A stretch of DNA of 64,000 nt from Salpingoeca rosetta (taxonomy: Eukaryota > Protista > Choanoflagellata), in NCBI GenBank assembly GCA_033442325.1, contig JAWQFM010000020.1:747233-811232 (forward strand), in the 5' to 3' direction. Below the pieces are notes generated by a model that was not told the DNA's origin, searched no databases, and saw only the letters and a list, made by a program, of their open reading frames with translations. This document shows positions 43,681 through 60,588 of the stretch, one piece after another. A program made the translations under genes and the position numbers. Each line of letters begins with the position of its first letter. Positions within the stretch are counted from its first letter, which is position 1.

Positions 43681-45792
43681 CAGCGCCCAAACCTGGTGGA
43701 GGAGGGACTTGAGCTTCTGTGCGGCGAGGAGGAGCTTCTTGCGGTGGCCCGGCCGCGAAATGCCAAGGCAGTCCAAGTCATCCTGTGTCAGGTCGCACAC
43801 CACGTCCAAATCGTCGTACCCTTTGGACATGAACATGTCCGCATACGCCTCCAGCCGCAGCGCGCTCAGCCACGCCCGCACCGCCTCTTGCAGTCGCAAC
43901 TGCATATGTGTGTGTGTGGGTGTGTGTGGGTGTGTGTGGGAGCACAAAACATGCACGACAAAGCAACAATACGGCAGAAATACGAGCATGAAGAGCACGC
44001 TCCCTTCATGCAGCCCCCGTGCGCGCTTGCTTGTTTGCTTGTGTGGTCCATCTTACGTTGAGAAATGCGTACTTGACCTGCTGCCTCGGGGTGAGCTGCT
44101 GCTGCTCGTCTTCTTCTTCGTCGTTATCATCATCGGCCTCGCTCTCCGGCTCTGACGGGGTCCCGAAAGGTGTGTTTGAGTGAGTGAGTGAGTGTGTGAG
44201 TGAGTTTGAGTGTAGAGAGGGTGTGTGAGTGTTTGAGTGAGTTTGAGTGTGGAGAGTGTGTTAGTGAGTGAGTGAGTGAGTGAGTGAGTGAGTGAGTGAG
44301 TGAGTGAGTGAGTGAGTGAGTGAGTGAGTGACCATTTTGTTTCATTTGTTCGTTGGTTGTTGTTTTGCTTAAACTGTTTGTTGCTGTAGATCATAGCACA
44401 TACTTACACACGGACAACCAGCACAGCAACTTCGCACCTGTGTCGCCACCGGGAGTTTCTTCGGCGTCGTTGCCTGCAGGGAAGCTCGCCTCACTCAGCG
44501 GCTTATCCTACACACGAAAAACACGCCAACATGCAAAATCAACGGGAGGGAGCAGAGGGTGAAAGGATGCCAAAACACGATCACAAGCATGCACACAACA
44601 TACACACACACACACACACACACCACAAAACCAGACAGAGCATACACGCACCCTGCGTTTGCTGCGCTTGTGTGGATGCGGATCAATGGCACCCAGTGCA
44701 TGTGTGATGTGGTCATGGTGGTCGTGCGCGGTGCGCTTCTCACCCCGACCGCCCTGATCGCCACCAGCTGTTGCTGTTGCTGCTGCATGTGTGTGTCCGT
44801 GTCCGGGTGCGTGCGTGTGTACGGCTGAGGGCGCCTGGTTCCGCGCAGCGCTCGATGACAACACGGCCGCCGCCGCCGACGACGACGACGATGGTGGCGG
44901 CGACGACGACGACGCCACAGTGGCGTCCAGCCCTTCCACAAGGTGGTGCAGGATGGCGTAGTGGGTGCGCCCTTGCACCAGCAGCGTGTGGATCTTGTTG
45001 TCGTCCTGCATCGACACTGTCGGCTCTGTCGGCGGCTTCTTCTGAGGGGTTGTATTGTGTGGCGTTGTATTGTGTGGCGTTGTATTGTGTGGCGTTGTAT
45101 TGTGTGGCGTTGTGTGGTGTGGCGTTGTTGTTGGTGGTGCAATCACGAACAAACACAACTCCAAATGGCCATAAAGCTGTGCCCACAAACGCACACACAC
45201 ACACAACACACACAACACACAACACACACACACACAAATACACACAACACGCACACACGCACACACACACACACGCACCTTTTTCCTGCCGCGCTTCTTG
45301 CCAATGTCGCCCCTGAGCCGCTTCTCGGCAGCGCCACGATCACGACCGGGGCACGCGCACACGCGCGTGTCGATGCTGTCGCAGCCAAGGATGCGGCTGC
45401 TGTGCTCGAGGGAGACAGTGACCTCAAAGGGGCGCCGGTTCAGCCCGCCCGGGCACGACGAGAAGCACAGCAGCTCAATGTAGAACACATGCGTGCCTGC
45501 AGGCAACGACAGCGTGTGAGGAGCAGTGAGAACAACAGCACGTGCCAACGACAACTGCGATGAGGCAAAACGCAGTCATAACGACCAACCCACAACCAAC
45601 AACCAACCAACAACTCACGCCTGGGCACAACCAACCCCAACACACCATTCTGTGCAGCGCATCTGTCAAAGGGGATGCGGATGGAATAGTGGCCCGTGGC
45701 GTCCTTCTCGTACACGGCCTCGGGCATGTCGCACCGTACCAGGTGGTACGCGTGCATGCCATCGGCCCCTGTGCAGAAGTGTGCGCGCGCGC

Positions 45793-45872
<80 letters not shown>

Positions 45873-46197
45873 AATGTGTATCTGTTTGATATTCTAACTT
45901 CCAAAAAGCAAGGATCTACTGACGGTGGGTAACAAGGGTAGTGACCTCCATATCCTAGGTATTATTANNNNNNNNNNNNNNNNNNNNNNNNNNNNNNNNN
46001 NNNNNNNNNNNNNNNNNNNNNNNNNNNNNNNNNNNNNNNNNNNNNNNNNNNNNNNNNNNNNNNNNNNGCATGCACGTGTTTCTCGTTGCACTCTCAATCT
46101 TGTCGCTGGGTGGTTGTACGAGCGCATGTTGGGTTCCTGTCTACTCAAGAGATACACACACACATATGGTGAGTATGGCAAGTGGGTGTGGCAAGCG

Positions 46198-46265
<68 letters not shown>

Positions 46266-47701
46266 CGCACACACAAACACACACAAACACACACACACAC
46301 ACGCACACACACGCGCGCGCGCAGAAGCGTACGTTGCGGAACTCCGGCTGGGTGAAGCGGGTCCTGATGCGCAACCACGTGCCGTTGGGAACACGATCTG
46401 ACGAATGGAACAAGCGCAGGTGGGGGAGGGGTGTGAGTGAGCGGAAATGACGTGGGTGGTGATCAAGACAACAAAACAAAAAGGACGAGCGCCGCATGAT
46501 AAAATGAACGCCACATCAGGCAGGCTACCAAAGTTTCCGCACACACACACACACACCTGAGATGGAGAATCTGAAGGGCACTTTGTGGTTCATTTGCACA
46601 AAGAGGCGTTGTGCTTGTGGCGAGTACTGTGCAGATTGGAAATGCAGAGCAGACAATCAACAACGCGCACACCTTCGCGTAAGAGCAGCATGATGTTTTG
46701 CGAGTGCGTGTTTGTTGTCGTGTTGCACCACACTTTGAATAGCAATTTGTCCCCGTTTGCAGTGGTCACAACAGACCGTGAATGGGGTGGCGCGAGGAAC
46801 GGGTTTGCCGCCGCTATCGTCGATAAACTGAAGCTGGAAGTTGAAGGGCCCAGGATACCTTATTTAGGGGAGGGGGGTAACGGCGGAAGGAACATAGCAG
46901 CAAGGCGGCACAGCAGCAAGGCGGCACAGCAGCAAGACGGTACGCGATCAACCAAGGAAAAAAAGCAATGTGCGCTTGCATGAGTGAGCGAGAGTGCACT
47001 TGGCAAGCCATGCGTGTGTGTGTGTGTGTGTGTGTCTGTGCGGTGTCAGACAGAGAGCGAGAACCAAAAGTGGAAGCGGTGCAAGTGACTGACTTGCTCG
47101 GCGTATGCTCCAGCTCAGCCGACGTAGTTGGTACTGTGGGCCAAAACAAAACAAAGCAAAACACAGGACATGCGCAATGAAACCACAACACCGTCAATCA
47201 AGAAGAGCATGTCTAGCAGCAACAGACAGATGGACCAGAAACACACAGCCGCAATACACAGGTGGGCTTACCGCGTGGAAGCTTCACCCGCCCTTTTCCC
47301 GGCAAGTCAACCTGGCATTCATGCACAGCAGTGTGAGGCGTGCTGAACAACATGCAAACACACGCACAAAGCAGGCGTGCACTCACGCAAGAGCACACAG
47401 CACACACACACACACATATGCAAACACGCACACCACACACATACACAAACACAAAGCACGCACAGCACACGCGCACACGCGCACACGCAGCACGCACCAC
47501 TGGCGTGGGGTCTTCAAAGCCATCGTTGAGCTGCACAGTCTCGATGAGAAAGTCGCAGGTTCGATCCAGCTCCAGCTGATCAAACGGCACGTCAAACGAG
47601 CTGATGCCGATCGTAGACGCCTCGCGGGTGCTCAACAGGTCCTCAATGTCAACCTTGATGTCCCTTCCAAGGCTGTCTTCTCTCCTTGCGCCAGCCTGCA
47701 T
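43430..47701 (-). CDS. p53-family transcription factor with p63/p73-type architecture (acidic N-terminus, DNA-binding domain, oligomerisation domain, SAM)
   Basis: DBD exons YPGPFNFQLQF, YSPQAQRLFVQMNHKVPF, HLVRCD and CFSSCPGGLNRRPF..TRVCACPGRDR (45279-45496). OD DDNKIHTLLVQGRTHYAILHHLVEGLD (~44925-45005). SAM VRAWLSALRLEAYADMFMSKGYDDLD..DLDCLGISRPGHRKKLL (43693-43899). One intron contains the N gap. Confidence 0.95.
45049..45128. repeat. 15-bp tandem repeat (gttgtattgtgtggc) x ~5 in an intron of the p63-like gene
   Basis: Directly visible. Confidence 0.9.
45968..46067. other. Assembly gap (100 N)
   Basis: Run of N. Confidence 1.
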
Positions 47702-48238
47702 CGCTGAGGTGGTGCTGGCTGCTGCTGGTGTTGGTGGTGGTGTCAGTTGTTGCTGCCTCCTCTTCTTCTTCTCCTCCTCTTCTTCTTCTTCTTTTCTTTT
47801 CGTTGCCTCAAACACGTCCAAACGGCTTTTTCTTTCGGTTGTGTGTCTGAACTGAATTCAGTCTCGCGTGCCTTTTTGTCTTTTTCCCCAACAAGCAACA
47901 AGCAACAAGCAAGCAAACGTTCGCTGCCTCTTCCTTCTGCTTCCACGCTCCACAGCCACAAGGTGCGCCCACGTGGTGATGTTGGTGTGTCTGTCTGTGT
48001 GTGTGTTTGCCTCTGCCTGCCTTTGATCTTGTGGTTACTTGCCCTGTGTGAGTCTGGCTTGTATCTGGACTGACCCATGTGCACGCATTTTCCTTTGTTT
48101 ACACAGCCGCGTGTGCGAAGTGATCAATCTCTCCCCATCCCACGCCACTCAACACTTTTATTTCATTCGTCTCTCCCTCCTCAAGCGGGATCAGATTGTG
48201 ATCGTGAAGGCTACCTTCTCCCAAACACACCAACAACA

Positions 48239-48286
48239 ATGGTACGTTTGTAGTGTGTGTGTGTGTTGATGGTGTGTCTGTCTGTC

Positions 48287-48333
<47 letters not shown>

Positions 48334-49410
48334 TGTTGTGTTTTTTTGTACTTTATGCGCGCGTGTCCATGCTTGTTGTTTTGTGTGGACACACCGACAC
48401 CGACGACTGCTAGTTCGCCCTGACACTCACACTCACCACCGCCACCACCACCGCCACCACATCTACGCCCCAACCTCCCCGCTGCTTGGTTTTTTTTGCT
48501 TAGGCTGACGATGATGTGAACCCCAAGGCGTACCCTCTCGCCGACGCTTCCCTCACCAACACCATCCTCGATGTTGTCAAGCAGGCCGCTGACTACAAGC
48601 AGCTGAAGAAGGGCGCCAACGAGGGTGAGGTGCTTCGTGTTGGTGCGATTGTGATTGCGCGTGTGCGTGCGATTGTGTTGGTGTGATTGTGCGTGTGTGC
48701 GTGTGTGCGTGTGTGCGTTTTTGATACCACATGACCACGTTGTCGGCTTTGTTTGCGGTTTGATGCCACATGTCACTGCGTGTTTTTCTGTTTTGTTTGC
48801 GCTGTGCGTTCGTGCAGCCATTGAACAAGCAAGTGCCTCCTCTCGCTCCCCCCACCCTCCTCAAAGAGTTTCACCACGCTCACATGCTGCTCTCGCTTTG
48901 TGTTGGCCCAATCCACACTCCGCTTCCCCTTTCCCTCTTGTTCTTCTTCACGTACCCACCAGCGACCAAGACCCTGAACCGTGGTATCTCCGAGTTTATT
49001 GTCATGGCTGCCGACACTGAGCCGCTCGAGATTCTGCTGCACTTGCCCCTCCTCTGCGAGGACAAGAACGTCCCATACGTCTTTGTGCGCTCCAAGCAAG
49101 GTGAGGAGGAGGAGAGAAAGGGCGGGTTTCCCTCAACGAAACCGTGTATGATCGACTTTGTCGCCACACCATTGCGCGCACATTCGCACACCCACACACG
49201 TGCTTACATGCCTCACGCCCATGCATTACGTGCATCGCCACTCACCACCGTCCACTTCTTCTTCATCCTCTTGTTTGTTTCACAGCGCTTGGGCGTGCGT
49301 GCGGTGTTGCGCGGCCTGTGATTGCGGCCAGCGTGATGGTGAACGACAGCTCACAGCTCAAGGACCAGATCCAGAGCATCAAGCTCGCCATCGAGAAGCT
49401 CCTCATCTAA
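48239..49410 (+). CDS. SNU13: U4/U6.U5 and box C/D snoRNP 15.5K protein (L7Ae family)
   Basis: ATG-only first coding exon (48239-48241), then [19 protein letters not shown] / [46 protein letters not shown] / [20 protein letters not shown]. Confidence 0.98.
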
Positions 49411-49788
49411 GGAGCGCGCTCACATGGGTGTTGCGAGTGTGATGGATGGATGGATGGTGGATAAAGGGGACGCATGTGGTTGTCGTTTGTTGTTTTTTGT
49501 TTGTTGGTGATGGGAGATGGCAGATGTGGTTGGTTGGTTGGTTGTTTGGTTGTTGTTTGCTGTGTTTGGAGGTCGTGGCTTTGCGTGTGCGCGTGTGCAT
49601 GCATGTGGATGCGCGTGTATGCGTGTGTGTGTGCGTGTGCGTATGTGCGTGAGCCTCTGTCGTTCCAACAACAACACAAAGGAAGAAAGGAAACGCCGAG
49701 TCAGCACTTTTGCTTTCACTGAATTCAGTTGCTGGTGTTGAGAAACTGCCAAACCACACGCAACACACACACACACACACGATCGCGC

Positions 49789-49825
<37 letters not shown>

Positions 49826-49834
49826 AGAGAGACG

Positions 49835-55138
<5,304 letters not shown>

Positions 55139-55174
55139 TGCTCAGCACACGCACTCTTCTCTTTTGTGTGTGTG

Positions 55175-55175
<1 letters not shown>

Positions 55176-55270
<95 letters not shown>
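55176..55270. repeat. (TTG)n microsatellite between the convergent HEAT and SPIDR-like 3' ends
   Basis: About 30 perfect copies. Confidence 0.97.
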
Positions 55271-55579
55271 GTGTGTGTCATCATTGTTGTTGTTGCAAGT
55301 TGTGCACTCGCTGGATTGTTGATTTGTGCGATCACTGCTCGAATGTAGTTTGGCGTCATCATGATATGTGGTTTAGCGCATAAGTACACGGGAGAAGACA
55401 GGGGAAATGCACAGTCGCATCTTTCATGCACAAAGCAGGCTCATACAAGCTGAGCTATCTGATCATGTAAATACACCACAATATTTCCATTACGCACATA
55501 CAAGCAACACAGTTGCACACACACACACACAATACACACGCACGCATTCCTACACAACTGCACGTGAGCACATGTGCCG

Positions 55580-56117
55580 CTATGTGGGGTGCGCGTGCTG
55601 GCTGTGTGCGTTGCTGCTGTGGTTGCTGCTACCGCCGCTGCTGCTGTTGTTGTTCTCCTGTGAGGAGTCGGCGAGTTGGAGATGGCACGACGCAGCAACC
55701 TCCAACTCCTCCGCGGTCGGCCGCTCCCGTGCGCGGATGTACACGGCGTCAAACAGCACCACCCGGTCGTCTCTGGTCACGTGCTCCTTCCAGGGCGGTC
55801 GCACCTGCAGCACCATGCCCGGCCTTGATATTGGTGATGGTGGGGATGGTGGTGATGGTGGTGATGGTAATGATATTGGGGGTGGTGGGATGGTGGGGAT
55901 GGTGGTGATGCGGCAGTAATTGCAGTAATTGTGGCGGTGTGAGAAGAAGTTGTGGTGGGCGTGAAGAGTTGGATGTGAGGTCGAGCCAGCGCCCGTTCAA
56001 GTCGCACCGTTCACACATACACATGAACGACGTCACATGCATGTCATGCACGCAATCATGCCGCAAGCATTCAAATGCAGAACACACGACACACGACACA
56101 CGACACACACACACACA

Positions 56118-56149
<32 letters not shown>

Positions 56150-56151
56150 CA

Positions 56152-56183
<32 letters not shown>

Positions 56184-56443
56184 CAGGTGACTCACGCTGG
56201 CTTGACGCGGTGCTCTGTGCGTGCGGGCATGTGCAGGAAGACGTGTGTGCGAGGAATGCCGCCAAAGAGGACATGGCACTTGCAAATTGCACAGCCGTGC
56301 TGCCGTGCAATCTGCAACACCTCCAAGCACACGTCCTCCGCAGCAGCATGCAGCGATTTCTCCTGCACACGTGCAGGATGTTTGTGTGAATGTGTGTTGT
56401 GCAAGAATGGTTTGCGGCACACACACACACACACACACACACG

Positions 56444-56523
<80 letters not shown>

Positions 56524-57013
56524 AACTGACTGGTCGGTATATATCCTAGCGCGCAGACGGGTATACCTGCGACGTAGCCAGAAAATTGGTCGGGCCGAAC
56601 TTAAAGGCGCTGTCAGATATAGAATCAAAAAGTGCGTCCTCGCAAACCGGGTGTTGAATGAGAAGACTTGGACATGCGGGTGTTGTGCTCCATTGGAGCG
56701 ACCGGATGGTGATAAATCTGCCCCGAAGCTACTAGTCTTGTGTGAGAATCCTGAAAGCCTTTGTTGTGTCGACACTGGTTGATGCGGTCCATATAAGCAG
56801 TCGGCGTGTGAAGATGCCGCAATTAGTTGGTATTGGGAGTATATGCTTAGCATATATATCTTGAACATAGGAAGAGCACTGAAGAGAGCTGGGATCACAT
56901 CTTCCTACCAGATCCGCATGACGCTCAAACTTCAATCTTCAAGCAAGGTCTTCAAGCGAATTGGGATTGGGTTGGCACTATGGGTCCATCGAACGGCACT
57001 GTAGCACTCACAG

Positions 57014-57046
<33 letters not shown>

Positions 57047-57310
57047 TGCAAACGCACAGCCCGACCAACCCTGGAGAGCTGCTGTTGGCTGTGGAGCCAG
57101 AAGTTGAGTTCGGAGGAATGAAAGTTGAGCCGTCGCATCAACCGATCAGCGAGGCCGTTCCTGTCGTCGCCACCATTGTATTGGGAGGGGGGAGTTATCA
57201 ATGCAACGCAGTGGTTGAGTGGATCGTCAAAGGGCATTGCTGTGTGAAATGGAAGAGGAGAAAGAAGGTGGGCTCGAAGAGAGCATTGTCAGCGATTTGT
57301 GTATGTGTAG

Positions 57311-57360
<50 letters not shown>

Positions 57361-59396
57361 CCTGATGACCTTCCGCTTCTTATGGTTGCTGTCGAGGAGG
57401 GCGTGCATCTGTGCTGCCGGTGGTGGCCGGCGCGGTGTGAGCGGCTCAAGAAAGGGGATGGTCAGGCGTGCTGGTGACTCCTTTGTCATGCCTTGCTTCG
57501 TAGGCGTCGTCTCGGCACTTGGCGTCCCGCCCATTTCGCCACCAACAGCAGCATGCTGCTGTTGGTGCTGTGTTGAGTGGTGGTAATGACTTGCTTGTTG
57601 GGTGGCGGGGGATGCCGGGGTGTATGCGTGTGAAACCCCCGATTGGCTTGCTCGCCATGTGCTGTCCGCCACCTGTGATGCACCACACGTCTGCTGTTGA
57701 TGCTGCTGCTGTGTGAGATGAGCGCGCTTTGGCGGCGAGGATGGCGGCGACGCAATCTCCTCCACCGCCTCAGCCATTGCCAACCTGCAGGTGTGCGTGC
57801 AAGCGTGTGTGTGCAAGTGTGTGTGCGTGTGCGAGCAAGCGTGTGTGTGCGTGCGTGCAATGTGTGTGTGTGTGCAATGTGTGTGTGTGTGTGTGTGTCA
57901 GCGTAAGTATGTTTGCAGTCGACACATGCGCATGAACATACAAAGGTGTGTGTGTGTCAGCGTAAGTATGTTTGCAGTCGACACATGCGCATGAACATAC
58001 AAAGGAGAAGAAGAAGGGGAAGTTGGGTGGCGCTCGCATGCGCTGCGAACGGCCGCCACTTGGAATCGCAAACAGGTCATATGGAGACGTGATGGTGGCA
58101 CTGCTTGGACCCTGACTCGCCACATTGACTGCCGTTGCTGCCGTTGCTGCAGTTGCTGCAGTTGCTGCACCGCGGGTGCTGCTGCTGCTCTGGTTTGCAT
58201 GTGACCTTCGCCGTGTTGGTGGCGGCTGCAGATGGTGTGGCAAGAACGGCGCCGAGGTGGATGCGTGCATGGTGGTGACAGCAGCGTGACTCCGTCTCGC
58301 TTGCACACTGTAGCCGGCAACAGCAGCATCACCATCATCGTCATCGTCGTCATCATCATCGTCATCAAGCACTTCACCGCGGTCACGAAAGCCGCCCAGG
58401 CGCATTTGTGCTTCCGCCGCCTCTGCCGCCTCTGCTGCAGCCGTACACATGAAATCATCATCGTCAACATCATTGTCATCACCATCGTTGTCATCGTCAA
58501 ACTCGCTGGTTGCATGCCGCCCGGCTTCAAACTGTGAGATCATAACACGTGCATGAGTTTGCTGTTGGCTGTGCGAGGCGAGGTCAGAGTCGGCGTCCTC
58601 GGTGTCCAGGCTCTCTGGTAGTCGTTGAGACACGCAGTGCCGCTGTGCCGGTGGAGGGGATTGCGTCAGCCCATCCACGTCCTCGTCCACGTCTTCGTCC
58701 ATGGGATGGCCCTCGGGTGCCATTGTTGCGTGCGTGTGTGCCGCGTAGGCGCTGGTGGTGTTTGCATGTTCCACCATCCCCATGGGACTGTCGTCCTCCT
58801 CCACAATATCATCGTCATCCATCAACTGCTGCGTCTGTGTCAGCCCTGTATTATATGTGTGTGTTGTGGTTGGTGTGGTAGCGTGAGCGGGAATGATGTG
58901 AGCATGATGGTTTGTGCAGCGCGCCATCACAATTACACAACGACCGAACACTTGATGGCAGAAGCAGCAGCAGTGACACAGTAGCACGCACTGCGTGACA
59001 AGAGCGAGACCCACGGAGAGAGCGTTGTGATCGCGGCTGTTGTCGCCGGGATTGAATGCCACGCCTTCGCCCAGAGCCAGAGCTTGGCGGTGTGCCTCGC
59101 CCTTGCAGTAACCCTGGTTGGTTGTTTGGTTGGTTGGTTGGTTGGTTGGTTGGTTGTTTGGTTGGTTGGTTGGTGGTGAGACGAGAAACATGCACACACA
59201 TGCACACACATGCACATGCACACACACACACACATGCACACACGCACAAATACACGCACACACGCACACACGCACAAATACACGCACACGCACACGCACA
59301 CACACACACAAATGCACGCACACGCGCACACGCGCACATGCACGCATGCACACACATGCATACACACGCACCTGCAAACGCGTCACCAAACTCCAT
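55580..59396 (-). CDS. SPIDR-like DNA-repair scaffold (N-terminal DUF4502-type region only)
   Basis: [40 protein letters not shown] and [14 protein letters not shown] resemble, from memory, SPIDR GLAERLNGLQNRERSAISLWRH / VKILELHEECAMQVAMC / DTVRIFPPWQKL. They follow a long acidic disordered region (58030-58847). The start at 59396 is tentative. Confidence 0.65.
56521..57005. other. Compositionally foreign ~480-bp insert inside a (CA)n tract of a SPIDR-like intron (possible decayed mobile DNA)
   Basis: High-complexity, TpA-rich and microsatellite-free, flanked on both sides by (CA)n; no recognisable intact ORF. Confidence 0.45.
57890..58005. repeat. ~59-bp tandem duplication in a SPIDR-like intron
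   Basis: gtgtgtcagcgtaagtatgtttgcagtcgacacatgcgcatgaacatacaaagg occurs twice. Confidence 0.9.
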
Positions 59397-60588
59397 CCCT
59401 TCTTGCTTCTTGCGATGCGCGGGAAGCGCTTGTCTTGTATCCGTTGTTGGTGTTTGTCGTCTTCGAGTCTTCGCGCCAAGGAGCGCCTAAACGAGTCTAG
59501 ACGTGCTATTAAACATGAAGATATGGCGAACTTTCTCCAAAATACCCGATATTCACTTGTTACTTTAAGCGCACAGGGGGGGCGGAGCCCCCTGGGAAAA
59601 TCCGTGGGCGTGGTGGCAGCATTTCTGCGTCCGCTCGCGGACGCAGAGTTTTTCGGTGGCGCAGCCACCTTTTTCTGTCAACGTTTGCTCGACAAACTTT
59701 GCTCACATCTGCAGAATAAAAAAATTCACCAGCCAGGTACTGAAGTTGACAAGATTGTTCCTCAGCGTTTTCCCTGAGACTTGTATTGAGAGCTTTCACA
59801 GCTGAAGTAAACCTTGGTAGACAACCCACGCAGTGGTGTCGTTGGAATCGGGGACAGAAGAGAATGAACACCATGCAGTACATATCACGCATATGATAGA
59901 GGAAGAGGGTACACGTATACACTATTAAAGTGACACGTGTACATTCACACATTGTGTATCAGGAGATCACCTGATAGAGAGACAAACAAAGAGGGTCTTT
60001 CACAAAGTCAGACCATGGTGAAATCATGATGTTCCCACACGTCAAGACAAAGCATTCGTTCACACTCATTCACACACACACAAACATGTCATCGGGAATT
60101 TCCGCTGACAGAAGTCAGTCGACCAACCAGTCACCTTCCAACAATTCCAACAATGATGACCGAAGGAACAACACGCACAGCACACACCACACGCCACCGT
60201 GCACGCACGCTGTTCTTCTTCTCGCTTCCTTCGTCGGAACATGTTCGCGCAAAGCTGGCTGAGATGATGTGACACAGCCAGGCAAGCACAAACCGTCCAG
60301 CACATTGAGCAGCCACGCGCGGCCCGCTTCCGAGCGACGGAACCGCACAACCCCAGCATAATCAAGTCTGCATGCTTTTGGGGAGCGACCACGGCAGTGC
60401 TTTGTCGGAACGTGTTCAAGCAGCTGGCAAGCAAGCAGGCAACTGTGTGCACTGTCTTCCGCGACGCCGCAGACATGACAGCTGTGGGAGCGCCCGGTTG
60501 GGCGACGCGCTTCGCCTGCGCCTGCGCTTCCCTTTGCGCAAACACGTTTGTGTGGCCCTGCTCCGCCTGAAGCTGCGGCGCCGTGAAG

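Noticed and set aside
47940-48960. Box C/D snoRNA or K-turn near SNU13
   Set aside because: I found no convincing RUGAUGA/CUGA pair with a terminal stem by eye.
60082-60480. p53-type decamers (GAACATGTTC at 60237, near-matches at 60082 and 60408) between the SPIDR-like gene and the Helitron ORF
   Set aside because: Only isolated half-sites, not paired, and CATG cores are very common in this CA/TG-rich genome.
60420-60480. Minus-strand CHVCGVAEDSAHSCLLAC resembling a non-LTR retrotransposon zinc knuckle
   Set aside because: Spacing is imperfect, there is no start codon or adjoining RT sequence, and chance is likely.
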